From NCBI GenBank assembly GCA_965217775.1, contig CBDCJH010000002.1, positions 2,400,001 to 2,464,000 on the forward strand: a stretch of 64,000 nucleotides of DNA. Direction: 5' to 3'. The stretch comes from Acidobacteriota bacterium. GTDB taxonomy: Bacteria; Acidobacteriota; UBA6911; RPQK01; JAJDTT01. The position numbers were made by a program, and so were the translations under genes. Shown one piece after another: positions 27,626 to 37,349 of this stretch (position 1 is its first letter; every line of letters starts with the position of its first letter). Below the pieces are notes generated by a model. It had not been told where the DNA came from. It searched no databases and worked only from the letters and a program-made list of their open reading frames with translations.

Positions 27626-29128
27626 TCACTTCCTGTCCAGCCGGATGCCCGCTGCCCGCAGGCGGTGCTCCTCTCCGATGGGCGTGTGCAGGATGGCATA
27701 GAAGCGGTCGAGCCGTTTCCTGTCTGCCGGCGGCGTGAGGAGACTGACGACGATCATGCAGAAAAACCCGCCCACCAGGTAGATCAGAAACTGCTGGTGC
27801 AGTTCCCAGCCCCAGACGAAGCGGGAAAGATACCAGAGAAGGGACGATCCCAGGATCCCGGCCCAGGCTCCATAGGCGTTGCAGCGCCGCCACAGCACTC
27901 CGCCCCAGAAGGCGATCCCGAAGAAGGCGACCAGAGACCAGGTCAGCTTGAGAATGCCCACCACGGTGGTGGCGTAGGTGGCGACGACGATCCCGCCCAT
28001 GACCACCGCCACTCCGACCAGCCGGCCCACGTTGAGATAGTGCCGGACCGATGCCTCGGGTCGCAGGTAGCGTTGGTAGACGTTCTTCACGAAGAGGGCT
28101 GAGCCGTCCACCATCAAGGAATCGCAACTGGACATGGCGGCCGCCACCATGGAGGCCAGCATGACGCCCACCAGTCCCACGGGCAGCAGATCCCGGGAAG
28201 CCAGACCGAAGGCGTGCTCGGAATCGGCCAGGTCGGGATAGAGGGCGATGCAGGCCACACCGGTCAGGGCCCAGGCCAGGGTGCAGATTCGCTTGAGCAT
28301 GTTGCCGAAGGTGAATCCGACCCGGCCCTCCAGCTCGGTCTTCCCCGCCCCGGCGATCTCCATGTGATGGGGCTGGGCCACGATCCCCACCAGAGCGTTG
28401 ATGACGATCATGACGATGTAAAACGGTGTGACCCGGTCGTAGCCCGCCGGTGGGTCGCCGGGAGCCATCAGGCTGAACATCTCCTCCGGGACCTTCTGAT
28501 GCAGTCCGGCGAATCCGCCCACCGCCTCCATCACGAAGGGGATCAGGAGAAAGGAGAGGACGATGATGAAGAAGCCCTGGATGAAATCGGTGACCACGGC
28601 CGCCGGGAGACCTCCCAGCAGACCGTAGCTGAGAAAGAGTATGGTCATGACGCCGATGGCCAACTCGGGACTTATGGCGCCGCCCGAGATGGCGCTGGCC
28701 GCCTTTCCGGTTCCCAGGAGCATGAGACCGATCTGCAGTGAGAGATAGAGCAGACCGTAGATGGTGTAGAGGATGGCCAGAGCCGGACTGAACCGGTCTT
28801 CGAAGTAGTCGGCCGTGGTCAGGTAGCGCATCCGCCTCAGAAGGGGCGCCACCAGCCAGTAGAAGGGCGTGGCGAACAAATAGAGCCACTGGTACCAGAT
28901 CCCCGCCATTCCCATCCTGTAGGAGGCGCCGGCCACGGTGACGGCGTGATCCGTATGGGTCCCGGTCCCGAAGGCGTGCATGACCATGAACGCCTTCCCG
29001 AACTTGCGGGATCCCATGAAGTAGTCGTGGAAGTTGGTGACCTTCCTCGCCGCCCACAGACCCGCGACGGTGACTCCCAGCAGGTAGACCAGAAGCGTGG
29101 TGAGATCCAGCCAGTGCAGTCCGAACAT
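27626..29128 (-). CDS. Sodium:solute symporter
   Basis: DYFMGSR, GGLPAAVVTDFIQG, AAAMSS; many TM segments. Confidence 0.9.
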   Translation of the reverse strand: MFGLHWLDLTTLLVYLLGVTVAGLWAARKVTNFHDYFMGSRKFGKAFMVMHAFGTGTHTDHAVTVAGASYRMGMAGIWYQWLYLFATPFYWLVAPLLRRMRYLTTADYFEDRFSPALAILYTIYGLLYLSLQIGLMLLGTGKAASAISGGAISPELAIGVMTILFLSYGLLGGLPAAVVTDFIQGFFIIVLSFLLIPFVMEAVGGFAGLHQKVPEEMFSLMAPGDPPAGYDRVTPFYIVMIVINALVGIVAQPHHMEIAGAGKTELEGRVGFTFGNMLKRICTLAWALTGVACIALYPDLADSEHAFGLASRDLLPVGLVGVMLASMVAAAMSSCDSLMVDGSALFVKNVYQRYLRPEASVRHYLNVGRLVGVAVVMGGIVVATYATTVVGILKLTWSLVAFFGIAFWGGVLWRRCNAYGAWAGILGSSLLWYLSRFVWGWELHQQFLIYLVGGFFCMIVVSLLTPPADRKRLDRFYAILHTPIGEEHRLRAAGIRLDRK

Positions 29129-29187
29129 AGGTTCAAGATCCTCTTCGGAGTTCGGGCCGGGCGGCCGCGAGCCCGGAGAGAGGTTCT

Positions 29188-30525
29188 CTAATATTCGTCA
29201 GTCAGACCGAAGGTCGGTTCGGAAACGACCCATTGTCCCCGGGTGAAGTCGGGAAAGAACACCGGTGCGCTTCCCCGGGCGATGGAGCGCTCCGACAGCG
29301 GACCTATGGCGCTCCAGGATGCCGATTCGTAGACGTCGATGGGCGTGGGCAGTCCCCGTTTCAACGCTTCCACGAAACCGTTGACGACGAAGAAATCCAT
29401 CCCCCCATGTCCCGCGCCGGCAGCCTGTTCCCCGAAACGTTTCCAGAGTGCGTGGTCATGCTCCTTCTGGTACTTCTCGAAGGGTTCCCACCGGTGTGAT
29501 TTGGGGCTGAGGTCTTCGATGTAGATCGACTTGTTGTCGCTCATCCAGATGCCCCGGGTTCCCTGCACCCGGAAGTTCAGGGAATAGGGCCGGGGAAGAT
29601 TGGTGTCATGGCTGACCAGGAGCGTCTCCCCCCGGGCGCACTTGATCACCGACGTCACCACGTCGCCCAGAGCCCACTGGATCTTGGCGTTGGGATGGTC
29701 CGCACCCCCTTTGCGGACGACGTAATCGTGAAGGCCCCGCGCCTTGGTGGCCGTGGAGGTCAGAGTCACGAATCGGTTCCCGCGGTCGATATCCAGGCAG
29801 TTGGCCATGGGACCGGCGCCGTGAGTCGGGTAGACGTCACCGTTGCGCTGGATCGAGTGCTGGGTCCTCCAATTGGCTTCACCCCTGGAGCCGGGTCCGA
29901 ACTTGGCCCCGGGATTGAATTTGACGTGCCGCAAGTCGTGCTGGTAGCCGCACTGGCAGTGGATGAGCTCTCCGAAGAGCCCGTCCCGGACCATCTTCAG
30001 AGCCGCCATCACGTCCCGCCGGTAGCAGACGTTCTCCAGCATCATGCAAGGCTTTTTCGTGGCTTCGGAGGTGTTGACCAGATCCCAACACTCCTGCAAG
30101 GTCACGGCCGCCGGCACCTCGACCGCCACCGCCTTGCCCGCCTTCATGGCCGCCACCGACATGGGGGTGTGCCAGCGCCAGGGAGTGGCGACCACGACGG
30201 CGTCCAGGTCGTCACGCTCCAACAGATTGTGGAAGTCATCGTCTTCCCCGGCATAGACGCCGGGATCGTTGCCTCCCGACTCCCGCACCAGGGCCGCCGC
30301 CCGGTTCGCGGACTCGGCTCGGAGGTCGCAGACCGCGTTCACCTGGGTGTCCTTCCGGGCCAGGGACAGCTTCAACAGGTGGGTTCCCCGCCCGCCGACG
30401 CCGATGAACCCGAGACGGACCACCCGGTCGTCGCTGCCGCGCAGAACGCTGGGCCACCCTCCCGAGAGGGCTGCCGTCGCGGCGGCACTGCCTTGTATGA
30501 AGCTACGCCTCGTTGAACCTGACAT
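29188..30525 (-). CDS. Tat-exported Gfo/Idh/MocA oxidoreductase (GH109-like)
   Basis: TRRSFI; GFIGVGGRG; ATPWRWH; EVPAA; LENVCY; YPTHG; GHGGMD. Confidence 0.9.
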   Translation of the reverse strand: MSGSTRRSFIQGSAAATAALSGGWPSVLRGSDDRVVRLGFIGVGGRGTHLLKLSLARKDTQVNAVCDLRAESANRAAALVRESGGNDPGVYAGEDDDFHNLLERDDLDAVVVATPWRWHTPMSVAAMKAGKAVAVEVPAAVTLQECWDLVNTSEATKKPCMMLENVCYRRDVMAALKMVRDGLFGELIHCQCGYQHDLRHVKFNPGAKFGPGSRGEANWRTQHSIQRNGDVYPTHGAGPMANCLDIDRGNRFVTLTSTATKARGLHDYVVRKGGADHPNAKIQWALGDVVTSVIKCARGETLLVSHDTNLPRPYSLNFRVQGTRGIWMSDNKSIYIEDLSPKSHRWEPFEKYQKEHDHALWKRFGEQAAGAGHGGMDFFVVNGFVEALKRGLPTPIDVYESASWSAIGPLSERSIARGSAPVFFPDFTRGQWVVSEPTFGLTDEY

Positions 30526-30728
30526 GGTGTCCTCCAATCCCCCGTCCGAGGGCCAACTGCCCCCGGAAGCCACCAGGGAGCGAAATTCTACCGCCTTCCG
30601 ACTCTGCCTCGCAATTGAAGCAGGTTTCGCAAGAGTGTGTGGTTGTCGTTTCCCGCGGAGTAGCGAGACGGGCGCGAACGTCAGTGCGTGGGAAAGTTGT
30701 CACGGTTTATTACCGGTGACCTCAGCGT

Positions 30729-31136
30729 CTAGCATCCCAGGACCTGCACATGTCCGTGGCGTCCGTACTCGAGCAGTTTCCGGTCGCGAGTCACCAGCGT
30801 GTACCCGAACGCCCGCGCCGTCGCTACGAGAATGCGGTCGACAGGATCACCGGGCGGCGTTCCGGGTAAGCTGGCAGAGGCGACCAGCACCGAAGGCGGC
30901 ATCTCCGCCAACGCAACGCCAGGCAGCTCGCAGAAGCGTTGGAACCAGACATCGGGACTGATCGAGAGCGCCATTTTTCCCTTGGCCACGAGCGTGGCGA
31001 TTTCCCATGCGCTGATCGAGGATACGACAAGACGCTCCACTTGGGCCCCGCGCAAGACGCTTGCGGCCGGTTCTCGCAAACGGTCCCCATTTGCGATCCG
31101 GATCACCGCGCAGGTATCCACCAGAAGGACGGCCAT
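30729..31136 (-). CDS. vapC: VapC PIN-domain toxin
   Basis: LLVDTC, SSISAWEI, GDPVDRILVATA, LVTRD. Confidence 0.9.
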   Translation of the reverse strand: MAVLLVDTCAVIRIANGDRLREPAASVLRGAQVERLVVSSISAWEIATLVAKGKMALSISPDVWFQRFCELPGVALAEMPPSVLVASASLPGTPPGDPVDRILVATARAFGYTLVTRDRKLLEYGRHGHVQVLGC

Positions 31137-31142
31137 GGCTGC

Positions 31143-31568
31143 CTAACGCGCAGCGTCCCAATCTTCTTCGAGAGGAGAGGCCAGGTCCGTACCGGGCGTG
31201 ATCGTGACGGTGCCACGGAGCGCACCGAATAGCCGGGAGAATAAGAAGGCGTTGTCCGGTATGGAAATCCGGGACCCATCTTGAACCTTCTGTCCATCTC
31301 GAGTTCCCGACAATGGTGCATCCAGCGGGAACTTTTTGAATTCGAGGGTGCGGCCCGTCATATCGACGTTCGCCGTTTTGTATCCGGCTTCGAGCCAAGC
31401 GAGGGTAATCACACTGTTGGTCGGATTGTTGGACCACCAAGCCCGATGTTTGAAAGCCGACGGTGGCAGTTCGGTTCCGAGGACGCGCTCGATCTCATCG
31501 AAGGTCATGGAAACGGTCGTTTGGCTCGATCCACGGAGATGTACGGCCAACGGCGCGTATTTCGGCAT
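31143..31568 (-). CDS. Putative antitoxin (DUF7662-like N-domain plus VapB-like tail)
   Basis: KYAPL..L...MTFDEIE..LG..LPPSA...AWWSN...AW..AGY; tail LFGALRGTVTITPGTDLASPLEEDW; 6 bp upstream of vapC. Confidence 0.6.
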   Translation of the reverse strand: MPKYAPLAVHLRGSSQTTVSMTFDEIERVLGTELPPSAFKHRAWWSNNPTNSVITLAWLEAGYKTANVDMTGRTLEFKKFPLDAPLSGTRDGQKVQDGSRISIPDNAFLFSRLFGALRGTVTITPGTDLASPLEEDWDAAR

Positions 31569-31703
31569 ACGGAATCCCCTCGAATAGTTAGTGTTGTTTA
31601 TTATCTAACAACAAAACACTGGATTCAACACGGTAGCCCGCCTTCTATCGATTTCTCCCGGGCGCGGACCGCGCCGGAGGTGCGCCCCCGGGGCGGGATG
31701 AGG

Positions 31704-32990
31704 CTAATGAGAAAAACGAACCAGGTATCGCTTGGACTTGCCGACCGACAGGACGACCACACCGGCGCCGGCACGGTGCCGGAGCAGGTCCTCGTTGGCA
31801 TCGGAAACCCGGGTCCCGTTCACGGAGACGGCGTTCTGCTTCACCAGCCGCCTCGCGGCCCCTTTGGACGGGCCAGCCCCGACCCGAACCATGGCGTCTG
31901 CGACCGGACAGGAGAGGTCAGGACTGGCGTTCAGGGTGGGCACGGATCGAGCCACCATGTCGGCGACGGCAGTGTCCATGTCGGCCGCCTTTCCGGAGAA
32001 GATGACCCGGCTGGCCTGCCGCGCGGTCTCGGCGTCGCGGGCCCCATGCACCCGGACGGTCAGCGCCGTGGCCAGCGCCTTTTGAGGCCGCCGCTCATGC
32101 GGTGGAGCCGCCGCCAACGACTCGATCTCTGCGCTGGACAGATCCGTCAGCCAGCTCAGGAATCGCCCTACGTCGACGTCCGCAGAGTTCAGCCAGAACT
32201 GGTAGAACTCGTAGGGACTCGTCAACTCCGGGTCGAGCCAGACGGCGCCCTTTTCCGACTTGCCGTATTTCTTCCCCTCCGAGTTGGTCAACAGCGGAAA
32301 GGTGAGGCCGTAGACCGTCGCTCCCGCGGCACGCCGCACCAGATCGACGCCGGAAACGATATTCCCCCACTGATCCGAGGCCCCCATCTGGATCCGGCAG
32401 CCATATTCTCGGTACAGGTGCAGAAAATCGTAGGACTGCAGGAGCTGGTAGGAGAATTCGGTGAAGGAGATCCCCTGTTCCCGGTTCTCGATCCGGGTGC
32501 GCACCGAGTCGCGCGCCAGCATCTGATTGACCGAGAAGTTCTTGCCCACGTCGCGCAGAAAGGCGATGACGTGCATGTCCCGGTACCAGTCGGCGTTGTT
32601 GACGAAGCTGGGCTCCGGCCCTTCGGTTCGGCCGAAAAACTCCGAGACCTGGCGCTTCAAACGCGCGATGCGCCGGTCGATCACCTCATGGGTCTCCAGC
32701 GTGCGCTCCCGGTCCTTGCCCGAAGGGTCGCCGATGAGGCCCGTAGCCCCTCCCAGCAACACGATGATCTGACCGCCTCGGCGCTTGTAGCGGTCCATCC
32801 CCAGAAGCGGGATGAGGCTGCCCGCGTGCAGGCTGCCGGCGCTGGGGTCGTAGCCGACGTACAGGGGCGGCAGCGATTTGGATAGAACCGGATCGGTCAG
32901 CTCGACGGTCTTCTGTGAGACGAGACCTCGGGACTCGAGGTCGGCGAGGAACGGCGTCAGGTCGGTTCCGGAACGGAAGGAAGAGGTCAT
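31704..32990 (-). CDS. tyrS: Tyrosine--tRNA ligase
   Basis: YVGYDPSAGSLHAGS, IGDPSGK, EFSYQLLQSYD, QMGASDQWGNI, KYGKS, C-terminal S4-like domain. Confidence 0.97.
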   Translation of the reverse strand: MTSSFRSGTDLTPFLADLESRGLVSQKTVELTDPVLSKSLPPLYVGYDPSAGSLHAGSLIPLLGMDRYKRRGGQIIVLLGGATGLIGDPSGKDRERTLETHEVIDRRIARLKRQVSEFFGRTEGPEPSFVNNADWYRDMHVIAFLRDVGKNFSVNQMLARDSVRTRIENREQGISFTEFSYQLLQSYDFLHLYREYGCRIQMGASDQWGNIVSGVDLVRRAAGATVYGLTFPLLTNSEGKKYGKSEKGAVWLDPELTSPYEFYQFWLNSADVDVGRFLSWLTDLSSAEIESLAAAPPHERRPQKALATALTVRVHGARDAETARQASRVIFSGKAADMDTAVADMVARSVPTLNASPDLSCPVADAMVRVGAGPSKGAARRLVKQNAVSVNGTRVSDANEDLLRHRAGAGVVVLSVGKSKRYLVRFSH

Positions 32991-33362
32991 GGTCTGGCCG
33001 CGTCGATCATCCAGTTCAGGGCGTGCGCGCCGTTCCGGACAACGCCGGGCGACCACGGTCCATGGTGCACCGCACACGGCCGAAATTCGATACTCGGTCC
33101 GTCGTGCGGAAGATTGACCCAGGCCCCCATTCAAGTCAAGGGAAGACTGGGGGCGAGGAAAGAGAAAATGGGAAAGAAAAAAGAGAGAAGATGAGGCGTC
33201 GGGTCGACGGAAGGTGGTCGATCTCCGCAGGTTGAAACGCCCTCCTGCCGCGGGTTATGCTGACCGGGCCTCCCGGGTGGGTTCCCACCGGCGTGGAGGT
33301 TCCAACTGCCGGGGCAGAAGGTGACTGTCGCCCGGCCGCGCACGAATCCCAAGGAGCACTCA

Positions 33363-33821
33363 ATGAAAGCTGAACAACGACTTGAAGAATTGAACATCCA
33401 GCTTCCGGACGCACCCCAGCCGGTGGCCATCTATCGCCCGGCGGTCCAGGTCGGAAATCTGTTGTTCGTCTCCGGTCACGGTCCCAATCGGGCCGATGGA
33501 ACCCAGATCACCGGAAGGGTGGGAGTCGAACTGACCGCCGAGGAAGCCAAGGAGGCGGCGCGGGTCACCGGCCTGGCGATCCTCAGCACCGTTCGGAACA
33601 CGTTGGGCTCCCTGGACCGGGTGATCCGGGTGGTGAAGGTTCTGGGAATGGTCAACGCCACACCCGACTTCACGGAGCAGCCGCAGGTCATCAACGGATT
33701 CAGCGAACTCATGATGGAGGTCTTTGGCGACCCGGGCAAAGGCGCGCGCAGCGCCGTGGGGATGGGCTCCCTCCCCGGAAACATCCCCGTTGAGGTGGAG
33801 GCCATTTTCGAGGTCGAGTGA
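33363..33821 (+). CDS. RidA/YjgF family protein
   Basis: LFVSGHGP, VKVLGMVNA, INGFSEL, ARSAVG..LP..IPVEVE. Confidence 0.9.
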   Translation: MKAEQRLEELNIQLPDAPQPVAIYRPAVQVGNLLFVSGHGPNRADGTQITGRVGVELTAEEAKEAARVTGLAILSTVRNTLGSLDRVIRVVKVLGMVNATPDFTEQPQVINGFSELMMEVFGDPGKGARSAVGMGSLPGNIPVEVEAIFEVE

Positions 33822-33890
33822 TTCGGGACCAAGCGCAAACCACGCCGCATCCCAGAGGATAGGCGCCGCCACTGGCTCGACCGGGCGGTC

Positions 33891-34775
33891 TCAGGGGTCG
33901 GCGACGACCTGCCCGTAGTTGATGGTGGTGTCGATAATTCCGATTTCGACCCGCCGATTCTTGGCCCGGGCCTCGGGCGTGGCCCCCGGCAACAGCGGGT
34001 TGGCCTTGCCGTGGCCCTTGGTGCTCACGATGCCGGGATCGATGCCGGCGTCCACGAGATAGTCTTGAACCGCCTTGGCTCGCCGCTCAGACAGCCTCTG
34101 GTTGTATTCGCTGCTACCGATGTCGTCGGTGTGCCCGTGAATCTGGACCCGGTATCCCGTGGAGGTCAGGAGAACACCGGCGATCCGGCTGAGCAGCTCC
34201 CGGTTCTCGGGACGCAGCGTCGCTTTGTCGAAGTCGAACTCGACGGCGTCGCTGCCCAGGTTCATCACCACGCCCAGAGCCGTCCGGCGGGTTTCGACGA
34301 TCCCGCTCAAGACTTCGTGCAGACGATTCAGCTCGCGTTCCCGTTCCGCGCGAATCCGCTCTGACTCTTCCCGGGCGGCGCGGGCATCCTCTTGGGCGAC
34401 GTGAGCCTCTTTCTTGGCGGCTTCCGCCTGCCGTCGAGCATCAGCCCGGTCTCGTTCGGCTTGGCGCCGGGCCGAGTCGGCCGCGTCCTTTCCGCGGGCT
34501 GCTTCCAGGGCAATGTGCTTCGCCTCCTGGGCCCGGTCGATGGCTTGGCCAGTCCGCTTCTCTACCTGTTCCAGGCGCTGGAGCACCGTCTGCAAAGTCT
34601 CGTTCGCCTCGGTGGTCTGCCGTTCCAGGGCGTTCAACTGATTACAACCCCGGTAGATGAAGATGCCGGCCATCAGAGCCAATATCAGGATGGCGCCGAT
34701 CGCCATCTGGGCCGGCGAAGCTCGTCCGTTTGTGCTTCCGGTGGAAACCTCGAAGTTCGGTTTTCGTCGAGCCAT
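33891..34775 (-). CDS. OmpA/MotB-domain protein with coiled coil
   Basis: FDFDKATL, GHTDDIGS.EYNQRLSERRA, NRRVEI. Confidence 0.9.
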   Translation of the reverse strand: MARRKPNFEVSTGSTNGRASPAQMAIGAILILALMAGIFIYRGCNQLNALERQTTEANETLQTVLQRLEQVEKRTGQAIDRAQEAKHIALEAARGKDAADSARRQAERDRADARRQAEAAKKEAHVAQEDARAAREESERIRAERERELNRLHEVLSGIVETRRTALGVVMNLGSDAVEFDFDKATLRPENRELLSRIAGVLLTSTGYRVQIHGHTDDIGSSEYNQRLSERRAKAVQDYLVDAGIDPGIVSTKGHGKANPLLPGATPEARAKNRRVEIGIIDTTINYGQVVADP

Positions 34776-34903
34776 TGGAATTTTAGTTTAACAAACATTT
34801 TCGCCTGGACACGCTTCGGAGTTCGGCGGCTGGAGAGAGGACTTTCCGGTCGCCCACTCCCTGCCGCGTCCTGTTGCTCGTCGCTTTATTGCAGCACTGG
34901 AGA

Positions 34904-34985
34904 TCGGCGGCAAGAAAGCCGCCGGTCCCAATCGGCGACAAGAAAGTCGCCGCTCCCGTTCGGCGACAAGAAAGTCGCCGCTCCT
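34904..34985. repeat. Three tandem REP-like palindromes (28-bp period)
   Basis: TCGGCGRCAAGAAAGYCGCCGSTCC x3. Confidence 0.85.
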
Positions 34986-35029
34986 GATCTTGCCCTTGCT
35001 CCCACGGATTAGTAGGCTTCACTCCTCAT

Positions 35030-35371
35030 ATGGACACGGCGGACACTCGATCCACGCCCGAAGACCGCTACGACCCGGTGTTTCTCCACTCCCGGCGGGA
35101 GGCCATCCTCATCGCCGGGGCGTGGGCGCTGGGCCTGGTGTGGGCCGTCCCCTACTGCTATCTGAACGGCTACGGTCTGCCGCCGGGAGAGGTCGAAACC
35201 ACGCTCGGCGTTCCCACCTGGCTCCTCTGGGGCATCCTGGTCCCCTGGATCGCCGCTGACCTGTTCACGGCCTGGTTCTGCTTCTTCTACTTTGTCGAAG
35301 ACGACCTGGGGGAGGAGCGGGCCGAGGCTGAGGGCGCGAACGGGCGAATTCGGACCGAGGCGGCGTCTTGA
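35030..35371 (+). CDS. DUF997/YhdT family membrane protein
   Basis: SRREA, GVPTWLLWGI..PW; overlaps the start of a PanF-like symporter. Confidence 0.8.
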   Translation: MDTADTRSTPEDRYDPVFLHSRREAILIAGAWALGLVWAVPYCYLNGYGLPPGEVETTLGVPTWLLWGILVPWIAADLFTAWFCFFYFVEDDLGEERAEAEGANGRIRTEAAS

Positions 35372-37311
35372 CCGACCTGGTGCCCTCCCCCTCCTACGGA
35401 TCGAACGCGGCCCTGGTCACCTTCCTCATCTACACCTTGGGCGTCCTGTTCCTGGCCTGGATGTCCAACCGTCTGCGCAAGACCAAGAGCTTCCTCTCCG
35501 AGTACTTCCTGGGGAGCCGGAGTCTGGGGGTCTGGGCCTTCGCCCTCACCTTCGCCGCCACCAGCGCGTCCGGAGGGAGCTTCACCGGCTTCCCCTCCAA
35601 GATCTACACCCACGGCTGGATCCTGGGGCTCTGGATCGGCAGCTACATCGTGGTGCCCATCTGCGGGATGGGCTTGTTGGGAAAACGGATCAATCAGATC
35701 GCCCGCCGGACGGGGGCCATCACCGTCCCGGACGTTCTTCGCGACCGGTTCGAGAGCGCGGGATTCGGACTGCTGTGCACCGTCATGATCATCTTCTTCA
35801 TGTCGGTGAATCTGGTCGCCCAGTTCAAGTCGGGCAGCCTGATCCTCAAGACCCTTCTCCTGGACGTCCCCTTCTTCCGCAGCTCGGTGCTGAGCGTCGC
35901 CGAGGTATCCCAGGGACTGAGCTTGACCGAGGGGGTCGACCCGGCCTACCTGCTCTGCCTGCTGACTTTCGCCGTGGCCGTGATCCTCTACACCACCTAC
36001 GGCGGCTTTCATGCGGTGGTGTGGACCGACGTGATGCAGGGCGTGGTCATGGTGACGGGCGTGGTCATCATGCTCCCGCTGGCTCTCATTGCCGTGGGCG
36101 GCCTGGATTCGGCGACCCAGCGTCTGGGCCGCATGGTCCCGCCCCGCTTGGGCGTCACCGACCTGGAGCTGTCCGCACCCAGCCCGGAGGACACCATCAT
36201 CCGTTCGGGAGTCTGGTTGACGGCGTCCGATGAGAAAGGCGAGCCGCGCCTCCTGCGAATCAGCCAGGAAGCGGTGATCCCCCGGGGATCCACCCAGATA
36301 CGGGAGATCCAGGCAGTGGAGATCACGTCGGAGGAAGAAGCGGCGAGTATCCGAGAGCAACTGGCGGCAGGGACTCTTCCGTCAGCCCCGCCGTCCGTCA
36401 GCGCCACGCGGATCGCCACCGAACCCTACCGCTCCGGCGCCGACAGTCCCGGCGTATACGTCAGCGGGCCCGGTCCGGACCGCTACAGCGACCTGGGGTT
36501 CCTCCCTCTGAGCCTGGCCTTCTCCTTCTTCTTCATGTGGGCCATCTCGGGAACGGGCCAGCCCAGCACCATGGTCCGCCTGATGGCCTTCAAGGGCTCC
36601 GGCACCTTGAAGCGATCCATCTTCACCGTGGCCATCTACTATTCCCTGATCTACTTCCCGCTGGTGATCATCTTCTGTTGCGCCCGCATCTTCCTGCCCG
36701 GCATGGAGCTGGAGTCGGACCGGATCATGCCGGCGACCGCCGTCTTCCTCAGCAGCTTCGCCGGCGCACCCTGGATGGCGGGGATCCTGGTGGCGGCTCC
36801 TTTCGCCGCCGTCATGTCCACGGTGGACAGCTTCCTGCTGGTCATCTCCTCCGCCCTGGTTCGGGACATCTACCAGCGCAACATCAACCCCCAGGCGCCG
36901 GAGCGCACCATCAAGAGGATGAGCTACGTCTTTACCTTCGTGGTCGGCTTCGCGGCGGTGATCGGAGCGGTGAACCCGCCCCAGTTCCTGCAGGACATCA
37001 TCGTTTACACGGGGAGCGGGCTCGCCTCCTGTTTCCTGGCCCCCGTCATCTTGGGACTCTACTGGCCGCGAATCAACACCTGGGGAGCCATGTCGGGCAT
37101 GTTGGGCGGCTTCCTGTTTCACCTGTCGCTCTACGGAGCCGGCTATCTCGCCTACGGGCGTTTCTCCTCCTACCGGCTCCTGGGGATCGATCCGGTGATC
37201 TGGGGCCTGGCGATTTCCTTCTTCCTGGTGATTGCGGTCAGCAAGGCGACGCCACCGCCGCCCCGCCATCTGGTCCGGAGGTACTTTTTCAAGCAAAAGC
37301 CGGGAGCTTGA
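35368..37311 (+). CDS. Sodium:solute symporter (PanF-like) with insertion
   Basis: EYFLGSRSLG, ASGGSFTG.P, GGFHAVVWTDVMQG, AAVMSTVDSFLL. Confidence 0.9.
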   Translation: MTDLVPSPSYGSNAALVTFLIYTLGVLFLAWMSNRLRKTKSFLSEYFLGSRSLGVWAFALTFAATSASGGSFTGFPSKIYTHGWILGLWIGSYIVVPICGMGLLGKRINQIARRTGAITVPDVLRDRFESAGFGLLCTVMIIFFMSVNLVAQFKSGSLILKTLLLDVPFFRSSVLSVAEVSQGLSLTEGVDPAYLLCLLTFAVAVILYTTYGGFHAVVWTDVMQGVVMVTGVVIMLPLALIAVGGLDSATQRLGRMVPPRLGVTDLELSAPSPEDTIIRSGVWLTASDEKGEPRLLRISQEAVIPRGSTQIREIQAVEITSEEEAASIREQLAAGTLPSAPPSVSATRIATEPYRSGADSPGVYVSGPGPDRYSDLGFLPLSLAFSFFFMWAISGTGQPSTMVRLMAFKGSGTLKRSIFTVAIYYSLIYFPLVIIFCCARIFLPGMELESDRIMPATAVFLSSFAGAPWMAGILVAAPFAAVMSTVDSFLLVISSALVRDIYQRNINPQAPERTIKRMSYVFTFVVGFAAVIGAVNPPQFLQDIIVYTGSGLASCFLAPVILGLYWPRINTWGAMSGMLGGFLFHLSLYGAGYLAYGRFSSYRLLGIDPVIWGLAISFFLVIAVSKATPPPPRHLVRRYFFKQKPGA

Positions 37312-37349
37312 CGGCGATCCCGCGCCGGCCCCTTTCGGTGCCGGCCAAC

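Noticed and set aside
31704-32990. TyrS with HAGS/KYGKS instead of HIGH/KMSKS
   Set aside because: Within normal variation of bacterial TyrRS signatures.
36537-37349. Long N-terminal extension of the threonine synthase-like ORF
   Set aside because: Alternative frame overlapping the symporter; homology begins near 37350.
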